Assembly: GCF_006345805.1 (NCBI RefSeq)
Contig: NC_042998.1
Span: 93,930,001 to 93,994,000 of the forward strand
Direction of reading: 5' to 3'
Length of the DNA stretch: 64,000 nucleotides
Source of the DNA: Octopus sinensis
Lineage: Eukaryota
Each line of letters begins with the position of its first letter. The first letter of the stretch is position 1. Below are positions 14,101 through 25,609 of this stretch, in pieces. Made by a program: the position numbers and the translations under genes. The notes beneath the pieces are model-generated. The model worked only from the letters and a program-made list of their open reading frames with translations. It ran no database searches and was not told the DNA's origin.

Positions 14101-14750
14101 AGCTTTGTGGTGATACAGGGAGATGAAGGCCTTGCATACAAATTTGTAACATCTTGTTTTATCCCCAAGTCGGCACTTACCAAATAAGCCTATGGTTAAA
14201 GGCATTTCAGTCATAGGCATCCAATCTTTGCATTAGTCTAGGACTATATTATCCTATCTATACTCCCTTTTCAGATCTGAAAGAATATTGGCTCCTATTT
14301 TTAGCAAGCTGTGTTTCATGATGACATAGAAAAATAGTAGACATCATTTTGACAGAATATGGTCTTAACAGCAGTGATTGGGCAGAAATAGAAATATTGG
14401 GAAGAGAGGGGTACTTTTTTTTTTTTTTTTTTTGTATGAGCAGGTGGTGGTTAGAACCAACATATGCTGCATATATTGGTGAAGAGAAAGGAAAGTAGTA
14501 TTATCCAAACTATTGCTCCCATTCTCTTTTCAGAACTATTAATTACAAGATTCAGATCTGATGAAATTTTAAAAGTTTATAAACAGTGCAGCCAATAATA
14601 ACAGAGGCTGAATCAATCACAAGATTTTCATGATACACGTTCACCTGACTGGTGAGTTGACGGAGTAAGGCAACCATAGCACTATTCAAAGTCAGTGAAT
14701 AAAAATGAAACAATACACCAAAGCATTTCCGGAATTCCTTCATTTCAGCC

Positions 14751-14976
14751 TTAACCCTTTTGTTGCTATAATTCTGTTCAAATATACAGCCTTTGTTCAA
14801 TTCATCTTGAAAATATAGAATTTATCAAAATAACTGTCATTGTTAAGCTGCTGGTTGGAACATAGATTAACATGAAATTTTAAATGGACAATTTTAATTT
14901 AGATCACTTTAAAAACAGGAAGTTTGTATCAAAGAGCCAGAAGCAATCTCAGGCAGGTTGGTATTAAAAGGGCTAA
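14751..14976. mobile_element. piggyBac-type MITE (TTAA TSD, CCC...GGG termini)
   Basis: TTAA-CCCTTT at the left end; AAAAGGG-CTAA (mutated TTAA) at the right. Related to the 30141-30324 copy. Confidence 0.6.
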
Positions 14977-15879
14977 ATGTGTGTGTGATTCTTGTTTGTC
15001 ACTCAAAATGTTAACTCCAGCCATCATTTAGCTGCAGCTTTCAACTAGTATTGAACTTAAAGTTTATTACATATCAAGAAAATAATTGATTTGAGACAAC
15101 AGTGGTTGAAACATTATTGAAGAATAAAGAGGATTCCAAATAGTTTTATTTCAATTTGACTGGCAGCTCCCTACTTTTGGCAGCAATTGTTAGGTTATCA
15201 TTATTACATCCACATAATGATAGTAATAATCCTTTCTACTATGAGCACAAGGTCTAAAATTTGGGGAGGGAGATAGTCGATCACACTGACCCCAGTACTC
15301 AACAGGTACTTAATTTATCAATGCCAAAAGGATGAAAAGCAAAGTTGCCCTTAGCAGAACGTAGCGATAGGCAAAATACAGCTAAGCATTTCATCCTGCC
15401 AGCTTGCCGCCTTAATAAGGTATAAAAGATAGGCTACAGCAAATATTCTGCTCGATACCACAGATTTTCTTGACCTTAACCAGTTGAGCATGTCCCTTAA
15501 GGCTGACGATATGTGCAGCTCTGATCAGGAGCAGAAATAGTGGGAAAGCATCATAGCCATGGGTTGAGAAGAATTCTTTGGGGTTTGAATAATTCACCTT
15601 TTAGAAACATGGGTGTTTCATTCAACATCTTTAAACAATCCTTATTCAGGGACCTTTTGGGTAGGATGGGCTACTCAATCTGAAGAAAATTCTAACTAGG
15701 CCCCACTTGCCAGGTCATGTGCTGTTTATCTTGATACGAGATCAACATGTTGTACACTTATGGTTGTGATGCATGTGCCTGGTGTATACTTATCAAACGG
15801 GTAGTCATGATGGCCATATTGGGCTTTGTATATTTGTGCCTCAGTGTCACTGTGATGGCATGCACTGCTCTCTCACTCA

Positions 15880-16200
15880 ATAATAATATAGCGGTCAAAG
15901 AACAGCAGAAAATAGAAGAATACAAGGATTTGGCTAGGGAAATACAAACACTGTGGAGGCTTTCTACAAAAGTAGTGTCAGTTGTTATAGGTTCTATCGC
16001 CAACAAACTTGGCAATTTCCTTATTGAGATTGGTGTAACTATGAGAGTTGCATTAATTCAGAAACCTGCTCTACTGGGAACAGCAAGGATTGTAAAAAAT
16101 GTCTTCGATATCTAAGGGAACCGGTTGTTATTCGGTATCAAGGACACTGATGTAAAATGTAAAACATTCGAGAACACCATGAATAATAATGAGTTCAAAT
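15880..16200 (+). mobile_element. 3' fragment of an R4/Dong-like RLE non-LTR retrotransposon
   Basis: KEQQKIEEYKDLAREIQTLWRLSTKVVSVVIGS...LIQKPALLGTARIVKNVFDI* is the typical C-terminus after the restriction-like endonuclease, followed by a short AAT-rich tail. Confidence 0.8.
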
Positions 16201-17548
16201 TTCAGTACAAGTGCACTGCACAAAAACAATAATAATGATAACTGTATCCATATCTTTGTCACAGCCCAAGGAAGGATTTGAATCATGTTCTACAAGTTCA
16301 TGAAAGACCAGTTAAACAATATCCACTGCTGCTGATAGCAGTAAACGATATCCTTTTTGCTCATGTGCAACTTGATAAACAGTGTCAGCAGGTTTCACGG
16401 AGTTTGTTAGGGTTCCACAGCTACAAGTGACAAACCAACTCCGTATCTATTCTAATATTTAATGCAGATAGTAACTAAATGCAGTTAAAGCAGTCTAAGG
16501 TCAGTGTTTTCGTACAAGAAGATGCTGCGAAAAATTGGTTAAAAAAAAGTGGATAAACTGCAATACTTAGAAGATGGTTTCAAGTTTTTTTTAATTTGTC
16601 CGTCATACAAAAGAAGGAAGAAATATGGATGCAAACTATATTTTTTATTCAATAGGAGAGGGGCGCTGACCAGAGTCAGCTTACCGGTTCATTTCAGTTT
16701 GATACAGCATCATTATATATATAGTCAGCTTAGCGGTTCATTTCAGTTTTATACAGCAACATTATATATATTATATAATATATCCGTTCGGTCGCCAACA
16801 AAGTGTTGCGTACGCATAGTTAAAAGAAATCTGGTGTCGCTACTTATTTTAAATTTCAAAATAATGAATTCGTCTCTATCTGCAAGTTAATTTATAGGAA
16901 GGAATTTATTTAGTTCGCCAAACTGAGTGGGTAAATATCATTGCGAAGCACAATGAACTGTCATTTCAGAGTATCTTCCCTGTGATTAAGTAAAAATAAT
17001 GAGAAAATATGTAAATAGTAAATGAAAAACATTAAGACTTTACTAAAAGACTTATATCAAGCACAATGAACTTTTTCTAAAATTGATAAAAATCGCCTCA
17101 ATACTACAAGAACTTAAATGAGACTCCAAAATAAAAGCTTTCTTTGATAGGGTTTTTATTAGGAAATATGAGGTCCTCCAAGTAACTGTCTCAAAATATC
17201 GTATTTATTCGCTAGTTTTAAAGCCGCTGTGACAAGTGTTAGTTTTAATTTATTTAAAATTGGTGACATAGCCAGAATATTACATGAAGAGAAAATGCTG
17301 TCAATTAAAGCGGTAAATACTGGAGGAAAAAAGATATTTACAATTTAATGCAGAAAGAGCACAGATATACTGGACACTAAATGAAATGAAAATTTTCTGT
17401 GCTACGTTTATTTACATACAAAAAAAAAAAAATTGTCGAAACAAATATGCTCCCTCATAATTTCCAACGGAGCTCTTGCTACAATAAGCTTCTCTTCCAC
17501 CATCACCAATCAATAAAAAAAATATCTAACACTTAGACGACAACACTG

Positions 17549-17584
<36 letters not shown>

Positions 17585-18563
17585 TAAAAAGCTCAGATTA
17601 CAAAACATTAGCAATTGAGTGCGTAATAATGATAACAATTATTATTGTAAATAGCAGCCCTTAAAACGCAAAACTATTATACAAGTCATTATCATCGTTA
17701 TTATCCATATTTCCCCACTAGTGGAGACAGATGAGAGGTGGAAAAAAAGAGATTATTTACAAAACATTGGACCAGACATGCCAACTCAAGTGGCTGATTT
17801 GACAGGACAAAGAGATGTCGATTAATGTACACCCGTCTTGTTTATAAAGAGGTTATAGAGTAAATTAGAATGGATATGGTGGTATTTAAACGAAATGAAA
17901 GGAAAAGTGATGCAAATATATTCAATTAATTCGACTTTTAAGGTAATTCAATCGTAATTTAATTACGTATGCTTGGACTGCAATACAGCTTATTTCTAAA
18001 TAAGGAAAATAACCCCATTTCTTAATAAATAAATAAATAAAACAGAGAATCGATACCCAAATTTTCTGCACTGAATGGTTGATTAGATTTATTACAAGTA
18101 TAAAATATTCCTAAGAGCGAAGTAACACCTTGCATTAAAATTTTGCCGAGTTTGCAAAATAAATAAATAAAATACAAACCTCCATAGTCACTAGTTATAA
18201 AAGAGAGAGAGAGTAAAAAATAAAAGGCGCAACTAGGAAATGCAATTCCCACTGAACATATTTATTACTCCAGTGGTTAAACATCATGCAAAACGCTTAC
18301 ACGAGAGCCTGACGGTCATTTTCTCTTAGTAACAAAATGCGACACTTAAAAGAAAAATCATAATAATGCAACCCACGTAAACAAACAAATTGATAGCCTT
18401 CCTGCTGACTATTTTCATCCCAATACTTGAATAGATAAGAAACATATTCCAAATTGATGCTAAAACATAAGGGAAAATTAAAACTTTATTTTCTTCGCTG
18501 ATATGATACTAACTACGTTTATTTATGTTGCAGTCATGTGTATGTGTGTGTATACACACACAC

Positions 18564-18600
<37 letters not shown>

Positions 18601-18900
18601 AGTCACAATTACTGAACAATAAACGAAAATATATAAGAATTACACAAAGACAGCAAATTATTAGCAATAAAACTTCTTCATAACCCCAGTTCGTATGAAT
18701 GAATAACACAATAAATGTTTATGTAGTAATGTCATTTTCAGCTGTCAGATATCTTTTTTTCAATGACCTCGAAATCTTCAATCTGGAAATCACGTAAGAA
18801 CAACAAAAGAAATGCAAAAATCACTTTCTATAAAATATTAAAACCTAAAATGTCGAATAGTGAAAATAAAATGAGAGAGGGTTAAAACATTGTCACTTAC

Positions 18901-18940
18901 CCGATAAATAATTCGTCCACTTAAAAAGCGTACCCTCCAT
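18901..18940 (-). CDS. PLEKHA3/PLEKHA8: First coding exon of a FAPP-family PH-domain protein (PI4P adaptor)
   Basis: ATG at 18940; MEGTLFKWTNYLS+G, then a consensus donor G|GTAAGT. Matches the FAPP1/FAPP2 N-terminus MEGVLYKWTNYL(S/T)G, with a phase-1 intron where I recall the vertebrate one. The paralogue cannot be decided from one exon. Confidence 0.9.
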
Positions 18941-19130
18941 GTTTCTCTTACAATACACGTCACATTACTGAGTTGGCAACTTTATAGTGTTTCGTATTTT
19001 ATCGGCCAGATGCAGAAAAGTTCCGGGCGGAATATTTTTTATCGCTCTCTCCTTTTTTTAATTCAACACCAGCTTCACGTGTTAAAATTTGTAAGGAAAG
19101 AGTTACTTCCTCTTATATAAACTTACCTCT
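18941..19130 (-). promoter_or_regulatory. Putative core promoter/5' UTR of the PH-domain gene
   Basis: CpG-enriched for this window. TTCCGGGCGGAA at 19021-19032 contains a GC box and, on the minus strand, a CCGGAA ETS-like core. Confidence 0.4.
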
Positions 19131-19319
19131 TATAGATGAAATAAATATCGGAGATGCTTTTTTCCCCGTGCTGAAAGTGCTGGAGGTATTCAGAGGTTTT
19201 GCAAGCTCTTCTAAATCCATTACAATGCTAGATACCTTTCCGTATGGTCAGCAAGTATCTCAGAGTCATAAGCGTTTCGCATCTTATGCTGTGCGCTTTA
19301 CCTGAATGGGACAGCAAGA

Positions 19320-20290
19320 ACTCAGCTAGTTTTCTCTTACAGAAGGGTTCCACTTGCGATCTCTTATCAACCAAAGCCATCTTCAGCTAGTTTCATCTGC
19401 CGTGTCTATTTCTTTGATGGCTCTCTTCATTTGTCTGGGTTCCAGACCTATCTTCTGTAAAAAAAAAAAAAAATAGCACACTGATCTAGATGGAAACCCA
19501 CAGTAGCCGACTTCAGTAGGAAATGAGGCCACATGCCATCCGTTGACAAGGGCCTCGTCGACGAAGTCTTGATATTTTGCTTTCTTTACCTGGTAGGAAA
19601 TATCAAACCTGTATTCCCAGGGCACTGTGAGTTCTACCACAATGATTGTTTTTGTATTCCTGGAGAGCAGGAGGGCAAGACTTCCGCCCGTCCCCCCACC
19701 CCAAAACCGCCCTTAAAAAAATTTTTTTTCGACACGAACCCCTCTTTTCTGCTATGGGGAACACGAATCGGAAAAAAAAAATTGGCAAAAATCGGCATTT
19801 TAAAATTACCACCCCTACCCCTACTGCCTTTGTTTTTTACTTTTTTCAGATTTTGTTTTTACAAAATATGCGGAAAATTACGGAGATTATGATTCTGAAA
19901 AAAATTTCCAAAAGTTTTTGTAGAATTTTTTTTTTTCTAAATATGCGGAAAAATACGGACATTATGATTCGGACAAAATTTCAAAACATTTCTGTACTTA
20001 CGGTTAGGGTTTTAGGGTTAAGATTAGAGGGTTAGAGTTTTAGGGTTAGTGTTGAGGAAAAAAGTCAAAATTGAAGAAGTTGGTAGGGGGAAAAGGGGCG
20101 GGAAATTTCATAATGTCGATTTTTGGCAATTTTCCGGAACCTCCGTATCCGAAAACGGGGATTTTTGGCAAAAAAATTTTTTAAATAAACAAATTTTGGG
20201 GAAAGTTGGGTGGGAGGATGGACGGAAGTCTTTCCAGCAGGAGTAAATGTTTAAGTGGCGTTAACAGTCCAAGTGTGTTTCTAAATGGCT
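19320..20290 (-). mobile_element. 3' end of a HERO/NeSL-like RLE non-LTR retrotransposon, interrupted by a MITE
   Basis: With 19674-20243 removed, the frame reads LTPLKHLLLLSRNTKTIIVVELTVPWE...KKAKYQDFVDEA...GW...FPTEVGYCGFPS...*RWLWLIR. These are the RLE-domain ELTVPWE and EVGxxGF motifs. Confidence 0.8.
19674..20235. mobile_element. 562-bp MITE with GG-initiated terminal inverted repeats (TIRs) and an 8-bp TSD (Merlin-like; hAT not excluded)
   Basis: AGCAGGAG at 19666-19673 and 20236-20243. TIR GG(C/A)AAGACTTCCG(C/T)CC(G/A)TCC(C/T)CCCACCC. Degenerate TTAGGG tract at about 20003-20048. Confidence 0.85.
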
Positions 20291-21509
20291 AACTTGTGTC
20301 TTCCACGTTACTATCGTTTTAGTTCCAATACACGATCTCAGATCAAAACTCTTGTTATGCAAGTAGATCTTCGTAATATAAACATTCAAATAGGGATCTC
20401 AAAACAACTGGAATTCTGTCTTGTATAAATAGCAAAGCGATTTGATAAATTTTTCTGGGTTGCTTGATTACCTGTTTTTTGTGAGAATGAAGGCGAGCGT
20501 GTCAACAGATATTCCACCATCAAGATCAATAGCATTCACTTGGAAGCAGTAGATTAACATTCTTCGAAAGTATTTCGAAACAACGCAACACCTAATGATG
20601 TAAACTAAAGAATCTTGGTGATGTAAACTAAAGAATCATGTCTTAAATAAGAAAAAAATACCAATTTTTATAACCAAAGTATATCTCAATAACTATTCCA
20701 TGCCAAACGTAAATATCACCTTTGAAAGTCACACTGCACTCAGCTGCGTGAAGAGTCTTGTTAAAACTTGTGATTTTGACATCTATGACTTGAACACAGG
20801 TGTTACAGACCAATTTTCAGAAAGGATAAAATTGCATTCTAATATTACCAAACTAACGGTAATGTACGAGCATTTGGACTGGCCAAATAAAATTCATTAA
20901 AATGACACATACTCCAAGCATACAACGAAGCACCCCCCCCCCCCAAAAAAAAACCCCTCTATGCCACTCGAATTCCACTGGAAAGCAGTCACGGATACTG
21001 ATGTGGTTTTTCAAGGCACATCTATGCCAAATAAGTCTTGCCTACAAGAGAAATAATTAGTAATGTTTGTAGTGGAGGAGGAAAGGCATTTTGTAGGTGT
21101 TTGTATATAATCTATCAAGACATCTATATAAGAAGTATGGTTACTTTGTAACACTAGATCAATACTGCCCTTTTATAAACTACATGTTTCGTGCGTTTAA
21201 AACACTAAGTAGATATCATTACTGTTTGTTTCCTAAGAAAATTGATAACATTAATGTTTGTGTTCTGGTTTTTGTTTGTATTTTGTTTTTAGTTTACAAC
21301 TGGTAAAAGAAAACAGTTGGAAAGCGGAGCTGCTAATATTCCTCCTTCGCCAATGAAAATATATCCAAGCGCGCTATTTTTGAATCGTAAATTTCTGAAA
21401 AACTACCACCATTCTCACCAGATACCTCAAAGGAACAGAGAATCTACAAGAAAAATAGCCTAGCGAAAAAACAATGAGACAATATGCGAACAAAGAAAAA
21501 AAAAAAGGT

Positions 21510-22954
21510 CCATATACAGTTTGAGACCCGTTAACATAAAAAAAAACTCAGCCTACTATATGTAAAAAAAAAAGTGTGGAAAACGAATATGAAAAAAAAA
21601 ATTGCGCAAACGAATGGGGATGGGTGGGGTGAAGACTTTCAGAAAATTCACAAGATCCGATTTTTCCCTCGTAACTTTCAGGAAAATGGATATATGTTCA
21701 TGAAATTTTGTAGAAATACCGTTCAAATGGCACAAATTACAATTATAAAGAGATTTGAGGGGGGAAGATGTTTTCCGAAGGGGTGGGGAGAGGGCTGTCG
21801 GGAAGTTCACACGGTCCGTTTTTTTCCTCTCATAACTTTCAGGATCTAGTTTAGCGACCGGTAAAAAAATGTGTAGAAAACTAATATGAAAAAAAAAGAA
21901 CATTTGTGCAAACGAACGAGGGTGGGGTGGGAGCCAACCATGTTATACTTTCCTCTCTCGAATCGTTGCCGTCAAATAATTACCAACCAAGACGAAGGTA
22001 TGTACATGTATGTTTGCGCAAATTTTTTTCATATTTGTTTTCTACACGTTTATTACACCAATTAGACTTTTTTTAAAAATTTTTCGTTTTGGTGACCGAG
22101 CGTTAAACTAGATCCTGTTTGATTAAAGCTTTCAGTGTGGTACCCCAACTTCGCCGCAGTCCATTGACAGAAACAGGATAAAACTTCAAGTTCCCCCTTT
22201 TCTCCTCATTTTTCACATTTTCCGGAAATTTTTTTTTTTTACGAAATATGTAGAAAAATACAAAGACTAGGATTCTGAAAAAAATTTGTTTGCAAAATTT
22301 CAATTTTTCAACAATATATATATATATAACCCCACCCACCCCCGCCAATTTATGGCCTTGGCCTTCAAGCAGGCTATCCACATGCTAGAAATAACAGCCA
22401 AATCTCACACAACTGCGATAACATAATGAACACCTATTAGACTGGGTTTTTTTTTCGTTTTAGTGACCGGGCGCTGCTGCGATCCTTTTACTGTTTCACT
22501 ATAACGCATGCAGAAACAGACAAAACAACCATTCGTTTTCACTTTTAGAAGCGGTGAGGGTGGGAGGAATTTTGCGTCGGGGTTTTTCATAAAAAATTTG
22601 AATTTGTGTTTATTTTTTCCATATCTTTAATCTCCGTATTTTCCCACGTAGATTGATTGAAAGAAAAAATTCGAAAAAAGTTTAAAAAAAAAAAAACTTT
22701 AATTTCACGTGAATTACTTTGTCATATTACTGCGGAAAATTACTCTGAAAGAAATTTTTACAGAAAGGTGAGTAGATTGATTACATATTCCTTTCATTAT
22801 GTTATCGCAGTTTTGTGAGATTTTGCTGTTATTTCTAGCATGTTGATAGCCTGCTTGAAGGTCAAAGCCGGAGAATTGAAATTTTGAAAATGCGATTTTT
22901 GAAAATTTTCTTTTCCAGAATCGGATCCTCCATAACCAAAAACATAGGATTCCG

Positions 22955-23002
<48 letters not shown>

Positions 23003-23130
23003 ATTTTCCCGAAAGTTATGACGGGAAAATCGGATCTTGTGAATTTTCCGAAAGTCCCCCCCCCACCCAGGTTCGTTTGCGGAAATTTTTTTTGTCCTAT
23101 TCATTTTCTACACAGTTGTTAACACCCAGC
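21510..23130. repeat. Nested cluster of a modular repeat family with roughly 170-bp internal units
   Basis: The unit GAAAATTCACAAGATCCGATTTT...GAAAATGGATAT recurs on both strands (about 21640, 21810, 23000-23060) and again at 40715-41527. Inverted repeat AGGATCTAGTTTA at about 21841 and 22105. Confidence 0.75.
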
Positions 23131-23159
23131 TGGCTGGGTTATTTTTTAACGGGTGAAAG

Positions 23160-23244
23160 ATCTTTATATTAACCGAGTTTTCTCCCTTCTATAAATTTGA
23201 GGAAATTAAAAGCCGGACTTGAACGGTGAAAATCATAACACCGT
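23160..23244 (+). other. Possible non-coding first exon of the torsin-like gene (start unknown)
   Basis: Consensus donor CGT|GTAAGT at 23244/23245 in CpG-containing non-TE sequence upstream of the candidate ATG exons. Confidence 0.25.
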
Positions 23245-23841
23245 GTAAGTTAAAGTTTCAACACACATTTCATTCTTATTGTGTTTGTCACTCTCACTGT
23301 GAGTAAAAATGTTTTCAAGATAAATTACTATACTGCTGCAACTTTGTTTTGTTATGTAAACAGCCAAACAATTATTGGTGAGAAGACTCAATACTAAATT
23401 CGTTTTGGCAAGCACTTAGTCTCGTTGAATGAACCCTCAGTCAATGCGTATCTATTTATCAGCGGCAGGAATTGAAATACTCTTTTGAAACATTGGATCT
23501 TGAAACAGATAAGCTATATATAATAGCGTGTGAATACTTAGATAGAACAAGTTGAAAGCTGCCCATGGAATAGCCGCAGCTTTTTCTGTGGGACAGCCTT
23601 CGATTTCTTCTATCCACACTGCTTTTAATCAAATATTTACATTCTGTTATTTATAACTTATTTGTTTCAAGATCCAACGTTTACAAAAAGATATATTTTG
23701 CTGCCTTGAAGTTTAAACAAGAAATGAATTTGAAACCGTTGTGAAAAAAAAAAAATGTTCTCGCTTTTCTCCAGTGTTGAACTTTTACTTTAATTAAATT
23801 CTGTGGTAGACTTTAGAAACAGCTATAAAGTGGCGAAAATA

Positions 23842-24398
23842 AAGAATACGCACACCCGGTGTTCAGGGTTAGGGGTTGTGGGATCTAATGCAGTTTCGCG
23901 CCTCTCCTTGAAAAATGCATTTTTTTTTTCAGATTCCTACGTTTTAGATGTTGGAGATTACGAATATGCAAAACAAATAAATAAATACCCCCAACCACCA
24001 CTCCTCACTCCCGTTTAAAATTTTGTGAACTTTTTCGAAATATTTACCCCTTATATTTTAGATGACGGAGACTCCGGATATGCAAGAAACCACGTTTTGG
24101 AACTTTTAAATTCAATAAGCATATAGATAGGGGCATAAAGGGATAGATAGATATGAATGTCTTTCTGGAGCTAAAAACAACATTAACACCGTCTTCTATT
24201 GGACAGCCACATTTAGTTGACAAATAGATTTTATGAATAAATTTTTTTTTTTTGCATATTTGTAATCTCCGACATCTAAAATGTAGGAATCAGAAATTTT
24301 TTTTTAATGCATTTTTCAAGGGGAGGTGCGAAACTGCATTAGCCCTGGGTTCTGTTAGGGTTTTTGTTACGCCGAAAACTGGTGGTGTGCGTATTCTT
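23842..24398. mobile_element. Foldback MITE with long inverted arms and TA TSD
   Basis: AAGAATACGCACACC...GGTGTGCGTATTCTT termini; arms stay complementary for over 100 bp. TA on both sides. The paralogous empty site in the tandem copy reads ...TTTA-CCTCC. Confidence 0.85.
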
Positions 24399-24602
24399 TA
24401 CCTCCGTACCGAACGTCTGCCACGTTTACTTCCAGTATCTGTCATTTAGTCAAAAATATTTTAGAAAGAAATACTTCCGTTTAAACTTTGCACTTGGCCC
24501 TCTTAACTATTTTATAAATTAAGTTTTATGGGCTTTTTATTTCCTATTTATTTCTGCAAAAAAGTTTAATGTTTTAAAAGAATTTTTTTTTCTTTTCGTC
24601 AG

Positions 24603-24683
24603 AGATGCAACAAGATTCTTTACTGCTGTCTCTAGTTTCAAGAATTTCAACTTTAGAGATATTGATCAAAGAATTCATGAAAA
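24603..24683 (+). CDS. Candidate start exon A of the torsin-like gene (ATG 24605; MQQDSLLLSLVSRISTLEILIKEFMK)
   Basis: Strong polypyrimidine acceptor TTTTTCTTTTCGTCAG; 81 nt; ends in phase 1, compatible with exon 28356. The donor GTAATA is weak. Confidence 0.35.
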
Positions 24684-25609
24684 GTAATAATTTCTTATTA
24701 GTTTCAACATAACGGCAGCAAGCTGGAAAAATAGGTGGCATGTCAGTCAAAAGGTATAACATTTCTTCCGGCTCTATGTTCTGAGTTCAAATTCTATGGA
24801 GGTCAGCTTTGTCTTTGGGGTCAATAAAATAAGTACCAGTTGGATACAGAGGCTGATATCATTGATTCACACTTCCCTCAGAATTGCTGGTCTTGTTCCA
24901 AAATTAGAAGAGATTATTATTATCTTTAATAAGATAACCAGCTAGTAGAATCGTTTATGTTCTGATTTCAAATTTGGCCAAGGTCAGCTTCGTCTCTCAT
25001 TCTTTCAGGATCGATGGTATCAAATTACTCCTACCCCTTAAAATTGCTGGCCTAAATTAGTGAGAATTATGCTTTCTTCAGTTTTATGAGTATTTTAACT
25101 ACAACACCAGGTACCCCCATGTTCGTGTTGTATCAACTACATTATTTTTTGCAAAGACGAGAAGAGTGTAAATGTTTTCTTATACTACATCAAGTTAACC
25201 TTATTGTGGGATTTATGGTGATACTGTCATATTTGTTGCAACTCACTTGTATTAATGTAGATTTTAAAACTCAACGTTCCTTATTATTTTTAGAGAACAT
25301 TTTAACAGTCATCATTTCTTAAAGCCATTTTGAACATTAGAGACTTGGAATTTGTGGAATAAAAAATCAAATTCTGTGGTAGACTTTAGGAATAGCTGTC
25401 TTAAAGTCTGCCAATTTTACCTCCAATATCTAACAATATCCAACATTTACTCAAAAATATTTGGAAAAAAATAGTTCTGTTTTCACTTTGTACATGGCAC
25501 TCTTAACCATTTTATAAATCAAGTTTCATGGTAGTTTTTTTATTTCCTTTTTATTTCTACAAAAACATTTATTGTTTTAAAAGAATTTCTTTTTTTTTCT
25601 TTTTGCCAG

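Noticed and set aside
19121-19135. Consensus minus-strand donor AG|GTAAGT upstream of the PH-gene ATG (possible LINE-derived 5' UTR exon)
   Set aside because: No convincing acceptor between it and the ATG, and no transcript evidence.
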